From: Candidatus Bathyarchaeota archaeon
GTDB lineage: Archaea; Thermoproteota; Bathyarchaeia; Bathyarchaeales; Bathycorpusculaceae
Length of the DNA: 64,000 nucleotides
Direction: 5' to 3'
Assembly: GCA_963828195.1 (NCBI GenBank)
Contig: CAWHDT010000001.1
Span: forward strand, 256,001-320,000
The notes under the pieces were generated by a model. That model made no database searches. It was not told the DNA's origin and worked only from the letters and a program-made list of their open reading frames with translations. Of the stretch, positions 40,625 through 50,099 are shown in pieces. Within the stretch, counting starts at the first letter, position 1. Every line of letters begins with the position of its first letter. Both the position numbers and the translations under genes were made by a program.

Positions 40625-41422
40625 ATGCCTGCTCTCCAAGAAATCTGGGGTGTTCTGACCTATATTTTGACATTCATAGCTGGAGTCATATCACTAATGC
40701 TTGCTGATGCCCTGAGCAATTATTTGCACAAACCAAAAATTATCATTGAAACAGTTAGCAAAAAAATAGAAGACACAAATAATCGCCGCATAAGCGATTT
40801 AGGCTTCGTTGTTAGCGTTAAGAGAAAAATGGTGAAAGACGCAAGAGTTCGATGCAATGGTAAAGAATATTCTTGGGTAGGCGAGAAGGATGATACTGTT
40901 GAAAGAAAAGATTTGTATGTAGGTGATATTCCCAGCAAATTTTTCCCTTTTGAAGGCACTCTTGAGTATTTGGAAAATGTCACTGTTGAATACTTGAAAA
41001 ATACATCTAAACTTCCTTCTAATTATCATTGGGCTTTTTTTGCTGATAAGAAACACAAACCCCTTCTTGGTTTGTCGAATAAAGGCGTGTTAATGACACT
41101 TAGAGATAAGGTGACAAAGGAAACTATACTATCAAACGGAATTGTTCTACCGAGGTTTGAAGAACTGCCAAAAGATTTTCATGCTTGGGATGTGCAGGCA
41201 TCTTTAAACGTTAATAGACTTAAAACATTCGATGTTTCTATAAGGTTAATCGGTGAAGGCATCGAAGAAGAAAAGGACTATGTGATGAGCCTTTCTTTTT
41301 ATGCTCTTAATATGTCTGTAATTGAGGATAAATTAGCTTTAAATCAAATTAAAGTGAACTTAAATCTAAAAAGTAAAAAAAGATTTCATTTTAAAAATCA
41401 GGATTTTACGCTTGCGTTTTGA
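40625..41422 (+). CDS. Hypothetical membrane-anchored passenger protein
   Basis: N-terminal TM helix followed by a soluble domain; lies inside the IS ends and overlaps the transposase 3' end. Confidence 0.6.
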   Translation: MPALQEIWGVLTYILTFIAGVISLMLADALSNYLHKPKIIIETVSKKIEDTNNRRISDLGFVVSVKRKMVKDARVRCNGKEYSWVGEKDDTVERKDLYVGDIPSKFFPFEGTLEYLENVTVEYLKNTSKLPSNYHWAFFADKKHKPLLGLSNKGVLMTLRDKVTKETILSNGIVLPRFEELPKDFHAWDVQASLNVNRLKTFDVSIRLIGEGIEEEKDYVMSLSFYALNMSVIEDKLALNQIKVNLNLKSKKRFHFKNQDFTLAF

Positions 41423-42516
41423 ATTAGGGTTTTCCATTTGTTTTCGCCTTCTATTGTTATTCCGCATGCTTCGCTCGGAGTTTTACCATCTAACGCTTCA
41501 TGCGGTCTGATATAGTTGTGGAATAACTGATAACCCGTAAGAATGGTTGTTGCATCCATCTTTAGTCCTCTCATGGTTTTTTCTCTGTCACGGATTTCAC
41601 CGTTCATTCTTTCCATCTTGTTATTGTTGTGGTCGCCTCTCAAAGTGATGTGTCTTACGTGTTGTGTTCTTGGATTCTTCAGTGTCCAAAATTCCTTTTT
41701 GTAAGCATCATGATAAGAGGCTAATCCATCAGTTATGAAAGTCATTGGTTTTTTACCCATCAATTCCTTAGACATCCTGAGAAGGTTTCTTGCATCATGT
41801 TTGTCTTTTGATTGTGCTACCTCTTGCGCTATCCAAAACCTTGTCTCATCATCCATCATTGAAAAGAGGTATTTCATGTTGCCTTTTACCTTGATGTAAA
41901 TTTCATCAGCTCTCCAAATGTCACCAACTTTGGGAACTATTTTTTCAGTGTAGTCTTTCATTAAGGCTATGTACTTTTTAATCCAATTATAGACCGTTTG
42001 ATGTGAAACTTCTACCCCTAAAAGTTGTAATGACTCCATTGTGTTTCTCAAGCTTTCTCCGCTAAAGTACAGTTGCATAGCAGAGGTTATTGCTTGAGGG
42101 TTATGTTTCATGCGTTCAAATCCAATGTTGAAAGTGAAGTCTTTTTGGCAGTTTTTACAGTGGAAAACCTGAATATTCCCAGCCTTGTTTTTCCTTATAC
42201 CGTGCTTCACAATGTTGGGAGAAGCACAATAGATACATTGGGTAAGGTTCTCTATTGGAGAGATTGTTCTAACTTTCACTTCTGCTCTCATTGATAATGA
42301 AAAGTTTACGGCGTGAATGTGTTTGCATTCTACATGTCGATAATTAAAATCGGCACAGTCGCATAACCATTCTCCGTCAACCTTGTTAATGGTGTATTCG
42401 CCATTGTTAGATTGAGATTTCACAACATAGAGATAATCGTCTATTCTGTTTACTTGTCCGTTGTGTTGGGCTATTGCTTGACCCCGCATTTCTCTTGTGG
42501 TTGTTAGTTGTGCCAT
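41398..42516 (-). CDS. IS6/IS240-type DDE transposase with N-terminal SWIM and Zn-ribbon domains
   Basis: C.C.DF.....CKH (SWIM), CxxC...K.G......Q...CxxC, W.ADE.Y.KVKG, ITDG, NN..ER. Confidence 0.92.
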   Translation of the reverse strand: MAQLTTTREMRGQAIAQHNGQVNRIDDYLYVVKSQSNNGEYTINKVDGEWLCDCADFNYRHVECKHIHAVNFSLSMRAEVKVRTISPIENLTQCIYCASPNIVKHGIRKNKAGNIQVFHCKNCQKDFTFNIGFERMKHNPQAITSAMQLYFSGESLRNTMESLQLLGVEVSHQTVYNWIKKYIALMKDYTEKIVPKVGDIWRADEIYIKVKGNMKYLFSMMDDETRFWIAQEVAQSKDKHDARNLLRMSKELMGKKPMTFITDGLASYHDAYKKEFWTLKNPRTQHVRHITLRGDHNNNKMERMNGEIRDREKTMRGLKMDATTILTGYQLFHNYIRPHEALDGKTPSEACGITIEGENKWKTLIQNASVKS

Positions 42517-42644
42517 TTTGCTTACCCTTAAATTTACCTAATAGCACACCCACTTATTAATATTTAGGTGTATTGTTGGGCAAGGGTTTAGGTAAATTAA
42601 TATACTGCTTAACCCATAAATACACCTAACAAGAGGTAAAGAAA

Positions 42645-42830
42645 ATGGGCGAAATAACAAACCTGAACAAAGCAGCCTCAAAAACAGAATCCCTAAGAAC
42701 AACTGTTCCCTCAAGCATCATTCACCAATTCGGCTTAACCGAGTGGGATAAACTTGAGTGGATTCTGAAAGCTGAAGGTGGAGAGCTTATTATTCAAGTT
42801 AAGCCAATAAAGACGGGAAGAACCGAGTAG
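42645..42830 (+). CDS. AbrB/MazE-like DNA-binding protein
   Basis: SLRTTVP..I...FGL...DKLEW; GAGGT RBS. Confidence 0.8.
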   Translation: MGEITNLNKAASKTESLRTTVPSSIIHQFGLTEWDKLEWILKAEGGELIIQVKPIKTGRTE

Positions 42831-42928
42831 ATAATTTATGGCATGCCTCGAAAGTTTACATGGAGAATCAAGCCTTGAGAACTTTACAGAACCCTCTCTC
42901 TTAGCAAACGTGCTAAATTCGGCGGAAA

Positions 42929-45664
42929 TTGATAAGTTTTAAAACAACTTGTTGCCTATACTTAAGTGGCTGGCTGTTTCTTAAGTGGTGGTTAAAACTG
43001 GGCATTGAAAAACTTAACAGCATATTTAATCCTAAACGGATAGCTGTAATTGGTGCCAGTGAAAGGGAAGGTTCCATAGGCGCCAAAATTTTAAGTAATT
43101 TAATAGGTGTAGGCTACAAAGGCGTAGTGTACCCCGTAAACGCGTTCAGGGAGACGGTGCAGGGAATAACTGCTTACCCAAGCGTCAGCAAAATTCCGCG
43201 GACACCCGACTTAGCCATTATTGCCACGCCAGCGCATACTGTGCCGCAGATCATTGAGGAGTGTGGTGAGGCCGGCGTCGGTGGAATTATAATATGTTCT
43301 GCCGGTTTTAGAGAGGTCGGTGAAGAGGGTGTACTTATTGAAAATCGAATCCTTGAATGCAAAAAGAAGTATGGTATGCGGATTGTTGGGCCCAATAGTT
43401 TCGGGGTAATTAGACCCAAAATAAATCTCTACGCTACATTTGCGGATGAGCGAGCTATTCCTGGAAAAATCGCGTTTATCTCCCAAAGTGCTGCTTTGTG
43501 TGCTTCCGCGCTGGATTGGGCGTCAGAGGCTCAGGTTGGATTCAGCGCCGTGGTATCCACGGGGTCGATGCTGGATGTGGACTTCGGCGATTTAATTGAT
43601 TATTTTGGTGCGGATGCTCAAACCAAAAGCATCGTTTTATACGTTGAGTCGATGAAAAACGCGAGGAAATTCATGAGTGCCGCCCGAGGCTTTGCAAGGA
43701 CTAAGCCTATAATAGTTGTCAAGGCAGGTCGCTTTCAGGAAAGTGTTATTCCGACTCTTTGCCACAGCGGTTCTTTAGGTGGGGAGGACGCGGTTTATGA
43801 TTCGGCGTTTAGGCGCGCTGGAGTAGTCCGGGTAGAAACCATGGTTGATTTGTTTAACTGCGCCGAAGCGTTAGCGATGCAGCCTAATCCTACTGGACCT
43901 GAATTGACGATCATCACTAACGCTGGCGGTCCAGGTATAATGGCTACAGACCAACTTATTGCGAAAGGCGGAAAACTCTCGCAGCTAAGTGATGAAACGA
44001 TGCAGGCTTTGAAGAGTGTTCTGCCGCATTACTGCAGCACTGTGAACCCGATTGACATTTTCGAGGAAGCTACACCTGCCCGGTTCAGGGATGTTATGGC
44101 GCTTTGCCTTAAGGATCCGAACAGCAATGGTTTTCTGTTGATTTATTCGCCTCAAGTGGCTTCTGATCCTTTCGTCATAGCAGAAGTAGTGACGGAACTA
44201 TCGGAGCAAACGAAAAAGCCCATCCTAACGTGTTTAATGGGCGAAGATTCCAGATGCCGAAAAGCTCGAAGGTTTCTAAGAAGTCACGGTATTCCAACTT
44301 TTCCATCGCCTGAACAAGCCGTTTCAACGTTTATGTACATGTATCGATACACGCAAGACTTGGAGCTTCTTTACCAAACACCCGAAGAACTGCAGGTGGA
44401 GCCAGCAAATTCAGCAGTTCTCAAATCTATCTTAAAGCAGGCTTACTGTCAAGAGCGGAGGGTCCTTGGTTTATCTGAGTCTCTTCGGTTTTTGGAAGCT
44501 TATAAAATCCCAACAGTCAAGACCGTGGTCGCTAGAACTGCAAGTGAAGCTGAAGATTTAGCTGCAAAAATAGGGTTCCCCGTGGCTATGAAAGCTCTGT
44601 CGCCTCAAGCTTCACATAAATCAAAAGTTGACGGGGTTATCCTTAACGTATGCTCAACTTTAGAAGCTCAAGCCTATTTCGGTGAATTACTTAAAAAAAT
44701 ACTGAAGCTAGGCGATAACGTCGAGTTCCAAGGCGTCGCGATTCAACCAATGATTCGCACAAAAAGCTACGAGCTGCTTGTCGGCTCAAAAAAAGATCCT
44801 CAGTTCGGATCCGTGATCATTTTTGGCAAGGGCGGAACTGACGCTGAAATAGTGAAGGATGTAAGCATAGGGTTCCCGCCGCTAAATCAGGTGCTTGCCA
44901 GAAGACTGATAGAGGGCACAGTTATCTATAAGCAAGCAGCGCTATCGGGAGTTCCTTTAAATGTTAAGCTTATCGAGGAAATACTGGTAAAGTTTTCTCA
45001 GCTCGTTATCGATTTTCCAGAGATCAACGAAATCGACATAAACCCCTTGATTGTGGACAAAACCAGCGCTGTCGCAGTTGATGCGCGTATAGTTGTAGAC
45101 ATTGACCATAAAACACGGCGAAACGGTTTTCATGAACACCTAGTTATCGCTCCTTACCCAAGCAAATACGTTTCAGATTGGAAAATGAGAAATGAAACCG
45201 TCGTGCATCTTCGACCCATAAAACCTGAAGATGAAGGCCGATTCAACGAACTTTTCAAGTCGCTTACTCCTGAAACGATGCGTTTCCGATTTTTCGAAAT
45301 CATAAAAGAGCTTTCGCATGAAACGTTAACTAGATACTGCAATTTGGATTATGACAGGGAAATTGCGGTAGTAGCGGAGCTTCCGGACTGCAAGCGAATA
45401 ATCGGTGTCGCAAGATTAATCATGGATCCGGATGGAAAAAGCGGTGAGTACGCAGTTTTGATTGGCGATCAATGGCAAGGATTTGGGTTAGGCCCGGTGT
45501 TCATGGCGTCTCTTATCGAGATTGCGAAGGATAAGCATTTAGAAAAAATATACGGTTACGTGATGGCTAACAACTACAAGATGCAGAGTCTTTGTAATAG
45601 ACTCGGATTCAAGGCTTGTGAGGTTGATGATGAAACAACCCTGAGGTTCCTCGACATAACCTAA
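42929..45664 (+). CDS. ADP-forming acyl-CoA synthetase fused to GNAT (Pat/YfiQ-like acetyltransferase)
   Basis: FNPK.IAVIGAS, GPNSFG, TNAGGPG, NPID, ATP-grasp, C-terminal RPIKPED and GNAT; true start probably near 42998. Confidence 0.92.
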   Translation: MISFKTTCCLYLSGWLFLKWWLKLGIEKLNSIFNPKRIAVIGASEREGSIGAKILSNLIGVGYKGVVYPVNAFRETVQGITAYPSVSKIPRTPDLAIIATPAHTVPQIIEECGEAGVGGIIICSAGFREVGEEGVLIENRILECKKKYGMRIVGPNSFGVIRPKINLYATFADERAIPGKIAFISQSAALCASALDWASEAQVGFSAVVSTGSMLDVDFGDLIDYFGADAQTKSIVLYVESMKNARKFMSAARGFARTKPIIVVKAGRFQESVIPTLCHSGSLGGEDAVYDSAFRRAGVVRVETMVDLFNCAEALAMQPNPTGPELTIITNAGGPGIMATDQLIAKGGKLSQLSDETMQALKSVLPHYCSTVNPIDIFEEATPARFRDVMALCLKDPNSNGFLLIYSPQVASDPFVIAEVVTELSEQTKKPILTCLMGEDSRCRKARRFLRSHGIPTFPSPEQAVSTFMYMYRYTQDLELLYQTPEELQVEPANSAVLKSILKQAYCQERRVLGLSESLRFLEAYKIPTVKTVVARTASEAEDLAAKIGFPVAMKALSPQASHKSKVDGVILNVCSTLEAQAYFGELLKKILKLGDNVEFQGVAIQPMIRTKSYELLVGSKKDPQFGSVIIFGKGGTDAEIVKDVSIGFPPLNQVLARRLIEGTVIYKQAALSGVPLNVKLIEEILVKFSQLVIDFPEINEIDINPLIVDKTSAVAVDARIVVDIDHKTRRNGFHEHLVIAPYPSKYVSDWKMRNETVVHLRPIKPEDEGRFNELFKSLTPETMRFRFFEIIKELSHETLTRYCNLDYDREIAVVAELPDCKRIIGVARLIMDPDGKSGEYAVLIGDQWQGFGLGPVFMASLIEIAKDKHLEKIYGYVMANNYKMQSLCNRLGFKACEVDDETTLRFLDIT

Positions 45665-45843
45665 AAAACTTGTTCAAAACTGCTTTTGGCAACTTCTAAT
45701 AACTAATTATTTTCGCTTGGCTTAAGAGAAAATGAAGCTATTACAACATTAAACGAAAAGTCCGCCTTATTAAAAAAAATTAAAAAATTAAAGGGAACCA
45801 AAAAGAAAAGAAAGTTAAGACTGCATTTGTAGCGTTGGCTGTT

Positions 45844-46569
45844 TTAGCTCCTGAATTTTTGGAGCTTTCCCAGCATCTCTTTGTCGCCTTCAGCGTCTCC
45901 TGCGCACGTTGCAATTATTCCGTCAACCAAGCCTACTAGCTTTGCCGCTTTCTCTTCCACTGTATCCATTGTTGCCGCCGTGGGCCACCCGATTCTCTTG
46001 ACTATCTCAGCGTTTTTCGATGTGCCGACCAGGAAGTACGCGTAAATCGGCTTGTTCATCTTCTTGCATTCAGCTGCTACTTGCTGGAGAATTGGGAAGG
46101 ATTTGTCTTCAAGCCTCATGAAGTATATGAAGTCCCATGGTTCTTTTGCGCGTTTTATGGCATCCTCTGCGGAGACCCTTGCCGTCAGTAGGCAGCCGAG
46201 TTTAAGGTTCTTTGTTTTAACTGTGTTGCGTATAAAGTCTCTTGCAGCCTCAGATGAAGGTAGCATCTTGATTGGCTCGCCGTATGCGGGTTTATCTCCC
46301 ATGGTGACTGCCAAGCCGTCTAAGCCTATGACGTCGGATGCTAACGCTAAGCCTCCAACTTCAACAGGTCCTTTATAGTGTAGAATGAATATTGGGCAGA
46401 CATATTTTTCTGGGTACTTATTCTTTAAGATGCAACTTACGACGACGCCGCTGGGCGCTGGAAAACCGGCGGCGCTGTCAGTAACGTTCCATCCGTCAAC
46501 TAAATCTTTAATTTCGTCTGCAAGCTTCAAAAATTTGCGTGTAGGGACAAACTCATTTAGTATTTTCAT
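45844..46569 (-). CDS. Methylenetetrahydrofolate reductase-like TIM-barrel protein (short)
   Basis: EF.P, D..NVTD......S, L...GD.P resemble MTHFR N-terminal motifs. Confidence 0.55.
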   Translation of the reverse strand: MKILNEFVPTRKFLKLADEIKDLVDGWNVTDSAAGFPAPSGVVVSCILKNKYPEKYVCPIFILHYKGPVEVGGLALASDVIGLDGLAVTMGDKPAYGEPIKMLPSSEAARDFIRNTVKTKNLKLGCLLTARVSAEDAIKRAKEPWDFIYFMRLEDKSFPILQQVAAECKKMNKPIYAYFLVGTSKNAEIVKRIGWPTAATMDTVEEKAAKLVGLVDGIIATCAGDAEGDKEMLGKLQKFRS

Positions 46570-46788
46570 GGAGATTTCATCTCGGCTAAAGGCTAAACAG
46601 ATTTAGATTAAAAAATCTTTTGCATGCTGTGTTGGGTTTGCGTTATGTGTGGAAATGTATGCATATTATTCGCGCTGACAAAACGGTTAAGGCTGTGCGC
46701 CCATTAAAGAGTAAATATTTTTAGGCAACAAAGAGCATTTCAGAGGTACCAGCGCTGGTTTCCACAGCGACACAGCGTTTCTGGCGGC

Positions 46789-47466
46789 TTGGGCATGTTT
46801 GTCTATGCGATTGTACCTGTCAAAAGCTTAGGCGCCTCGAAGAAGCGTCTTTCCCCAGTTCTAAGTCTGCAAGAACGTGGACAACTAACGTTGGCTATGT
46901 TAGAGGACGTTTTAAACGCGTTGCAAGCATCTTCAGTTGACGAAACTGTTGTGGTCAGCTATGATTCAAGGGTACATGAGCTTGCAGGCAAATTCGGCGC
47001 AATGTACCTCTCCCAAAAAATTGGCGGGTTGAACTCTGCGATTAAAGAGGCAACCCAGTGGTGCATGCGGAAGGGCGCTGAAGCTGTTTTAGTAGTGCCC
47101 GCCGACGTCCCGCTTTTGTCCTCTGCGGACGTGGACAGGATTGTTAATCTGGGAAAGTGTAAAGACCAAACCGTGGTGTTGTCTCCTTCATATGATGGCG
47201 GTACAAACGCTCTTTTCCAGAATCCGCCAAACCTCATTCGGGCGTCTTTTGGACCAAGAAGCTTTGCCAAACACTTTAAAGCGGCACAAAGCAAAGGCTT
47301 CTGCGTGAGGCTTTATTACTCCTCGGGCGTGGGTAAGGATATTGATTCTGCCGAAGACCTGAACCAGCTACTGAAAACAGAAAACAGCACTGCGTGCCGT
47401 CGATTTTTGAGCAATTTTAACTTAAGTGGTAATGGGGCAGAGGTTTCGCAGTCAAAATCTCAGTAG
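46789..47466 (+). CDS. cofC: 2-phospho-L-lactate/PEP guanylyltransferase
   Basis: IVPVK.L...K.RLS, AMLEDV, GLN.A, PADVPL, DGGTNAL, FG..SF.KH, DID..EDL. Confidence 0.93.
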   Translation: MGMFVYAIVPVKSLGASKKRLSPVLSLQERGQLTLAMLEDVLNALQASSVDETVVVSYDSRVHELAGKFGAMYLSQKIGGLNSAIKEATQWCMRKGAEAVLVVPADVPLLSSADVDRIVNLGKCKDQTVVLSPSYDGGTNALFQNPPNLIRASFGPRSFAKHFKAAQSKGFCVRLYYSSGVGKDIDSAEDLNQLLKTENSTACRRFLSNFNLSGNGAEVSQSKSQ

Positions 47467-47539
47467 ACTTCGTAAAATTTAAGGTACCTTATATTAGAAA
47501 ATTGACGTAGGCAGGCTACTTTTTTGGAATTGGAATAAT

Positions 47540-49972
47540 TCATTTCTGCCTGTTTGCGGTGAGGTATGGTAGGATGCGAATTTTAATCTGGTCATTTAAC
47601 AGTAAACCAAACGCGAAGAACCAGCCGAAGGCCAACGCTACATACAATGCGGGTATTGGTGCTAAACCGGGTATTCCAATAATTGAGATTGCCGATGAAA
47701 TGATGATGTCTGCGGTTATTGCAATTAGTAGGGGTTTGCTTGGTTTTGACTTCCAGAAATTGCTTCTTTCTCGAACTACAAATATGGTGAATAATCCGCC
47801 GAAGAGGAGCATGTCAAACGAGAAAGTGTTCAAGGCGGCAGTGTTGGATAGTGCCAGATAGTTCAGCCCAATGTAGAGTAGTCCCAACGACTCAATGACT
47901 GTTGCGACGCCCAGTATCGTGGCTGCCTTAACAAGGTACGTGATATTCCATGATTCAGGTTTCTCTGATGGCCTCACGTTGTCTGTTGAAAGTGAGATGG
48001 TTACGAAGTCCACTAAAAACAGCAATAATACAACTTGAAATGCACCTACAACGAACAATCCCGTAATCAGAAAAGCAACTATTACGAATAGGACGACTTG
48101 GAAGGTTTTGACGATTTTATTGAAGATCCACGTCAAGATTCGCTGGTAAATCATCCTGCCTGTTTGCACCAAATCCACGATGTTGGATAAGCCCTCTTCA
48201 GTCAAAACAGCGCTCGCTGAACCCTTTGCCACATCTGTGGCGTTGCTTACCGCTATCCCAACCTCCGCCTGCTTAAGCGCGGCAGCATCGTTTATGCCGT
48301 CACCAGTCATTCCGACAACGTGTCTTTCAGCCTGCAGACCTTTAACTATGCGGTATTTGCCCTCGGGGTAAATTTCTGCGAAGCCGTCGCTTTGGTCAAC
48401 AATTTCAGCCGCAACAATTGCGTCTTTGTTTGTGGTGCTCTCAACGTCTGCCATGCGGGTGATTTTATCGCCAAGGCCAACTTCTTGAGCGATTTGCTTT
48501 GCAATCGGCTGCGAATCTCCAGTCAGCATCTTGATGGATATTCCCATTGTTCGAAGTTTAGCTATCAGTTTTGAAGAGTCTTTTCTGGGTTTATCATAAA
48601 GCGCCACCAGCCCGACGAAATCCATCTGAGCAGCTTCTTTGCCCGCTGCGACGGCGATAACTCTGTAGCCTTTGTTAGCTAAAGCGTTCGTTATGGTGTC
48701 AATTTCTGTAAGCTCTTCTTTTTTGGGTTGACAAACTCCACACACAGCGGAAACCGCGCCTTTGGTTACCCTCAAAATTTGGCCTTGTTTTTCAACTATG
48801 GCTTCCGTTCTCCTTGTAGACGGGTCAAAAGGTATAAATTTCCTCTGTTTGTATTCGTCAAGACTTATTTTTCTGTCTTCGACAGTGACAAAGAACGCCA
48901 AGTCAATGGGATCCTGATTTGCCTTCTGCGACGCTAATGCACCAAAAATCAAAGCGTCATCTTTCAAGTAATTGCCCATTTCAGCAACCTCAGCTACCGA
49001 CAGCTTGTTTTCTGTAATCGTTCCCGTTTTGTCAACGCATAACACATCCATGAGGGCAGCGTCTTCAGAGGCGCTTAGCCTAGTGACCAGCACCCCTTTT
49101 CTTGAAAGCTCAAAAGAGCCAAGCGACATGGTAATCGTGAACATTGTGGGCAAAGCAACAGGTATTGCAGCTACAATCAGAACTAACGCCAAAGATAAAA
49201 CATCTAAAAGGTTTAGACCTCGCGCCCAAGATACCGCTGCGGCGACAAGAAGCAGAGAAACCACCAAAACAAGAAGCCACTTCATCAGGTTCGAGATAAC
49301 TTCTTCCATGTGCAGTTTTGGTTTGGCTAACTGAACAAGCTGGTTTGTCTTACCGAAATAGGTGTGTGCGCCAGTTGCGGTGATGACGCCTGTGACTTCC
49401 CCCTTTTTAACAAGCGAGCCAGAGTAAACAAGGTCGCCCGCTTTTTTCTCGACGGGTAAGGACTCACCCGTTATTGCTGATTGGTCAACTGTTGCTTCGG
49501 CGTCAACCACCTTAAAGTCCGCGGGAACAAAATCGCCCGACCTGACCCTAATAACATCGCCAGGCACAAGTTCAACCGCGTTTAAAGTTTGCCAGATGCT
49601 ATCTCTCATGACTTTAACCTGTAAATGGAGTTTCTGTTTTAGCGCTGTCACCGCTCTTGTTGCCTGCTGTTCTTGGATAAACCCTAAAACCGCGTTTACA
49701 AGCAGCAGAGCTGCAATTATGTAGACGTCTAAGTATTTGCCTAAAACAAAAGAAAGCACTATCGCAACTTCAAGCATCCAAGGTGCTAGACCCCAGAATT
49801 TCCTTGCAAAAGCCAAGATGGGGCTTGCTTTTTTCTCGGCTACTTCATTGGGTCCGTACTGCTGCCGTTTTTCTTCAACTTGGTTAGAACTCAAACCTTT
49901 TACGTTGTTCACGTCGAAGGAGTCGTCCGCAGGGACCTTTGAATTATCTTTATCGGATTTTTCTGAAGCCAA
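47540..49972 (-). CDS. Plasma-membrane-type (P3A) H+-transporting P-type ATPase
   Basis: DQSAITGES, IPVALP, DKTGT, KGA, MTGDGINDA, D..TI.LSTD. Confidence 0.9.
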   Translation of the reverse strand: MASEKSDKDNSKVPADDSFDVNNVKGLSSNQVEEKRQQYGPNEVAEKKASPILAFARKFWGLAPWMLEVAIVLSFVLGKYLDVYIIAALLLVNAVLGFIQEQQATRAVTALKQKLHLQVKVMRDSIWQTLNAVELVPGDVIRVRSGDFVPADFKVVDAEATVDQSAITGESLPVEKKAGDLVYSGSLVKKGEVTGVITATGAHTYFGKTNQLVQLAKPKLHMEEVISNLMKWLLVLVVSLLLVAAAVSWARGLNLLDVLSLALVLIVAAIPVALPTMFTITMSLGSFELSRKGVLVTRLSASEDAALMDVLCVDKTGTITENKLSVAEVAEMGNYLKDDALIFGALASQKANQDPIDLAFFVTVEDRKISLDEYKQRKFIPFDPSTRRTEAIVEKQGQILRVTKGAVSAVCGVCQPKKEELTEIDTITNALANKGYRVIAVAAGKEAAQMDFVGLVALYDKPRKDSSKLIAKLRTMGISIKMLTGDSQPIAKQIAQEVGLGDKITRMADVESTTNKDAIVAAEIVDQSDGFAEIYPEGKYRIVKGLQAERHVVGMTGDGINDAAALKQAEVGIAVSNATDVAKGSASAVLTEEGLSNIVDLVQTGRMIYQRILTWIFNKIVKTFQVVLFVIVAFLITGLFVVGAFQVVLLLFLVDFVTISLSTDNVRPSEKPESWNITYLVKAATILGVATVIESLGLLYIGLNYLALSNTAALNTFSFDMLLFGGLFTIFVVRERSNFWKSKPSKPLLIAITADIIISSAISIIGIPGLAPIPALYVALAFGWFFAFGLLLNDQIKIRILPYLTANRQK

Positions 49973-50099
49973 CTTCGCTAACCCTTACAAGAACCATGTT
50001 TTTTACGATTAGATAAAATATAAACACACTGGGCTAGCAAAGCATTATGCTTCTGTGATGCTCGCATTAAACACTAAAAAATGAAAAGCGGTAACTGCG

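Larger units (their letters stand above)
40460..42893 (-). mobile_element. IS6-family element carrying a passenger gene and an AbrB-like gene
   Basis: Terminal IRs GGAACTGTAAAGT / GGTTCTGTAAAGT; 8-bp direct repeat CTCTCTCT at 40452-40459 and 42894-42901; AT-rich interior. Confidence 0.85.

Noticed and set aside
40390-40626. 79-aa N-terminal extension of CofE
   Set aside because: It runs through the IS left end. The true start is GTG 40389 with a purine-rich RBS.
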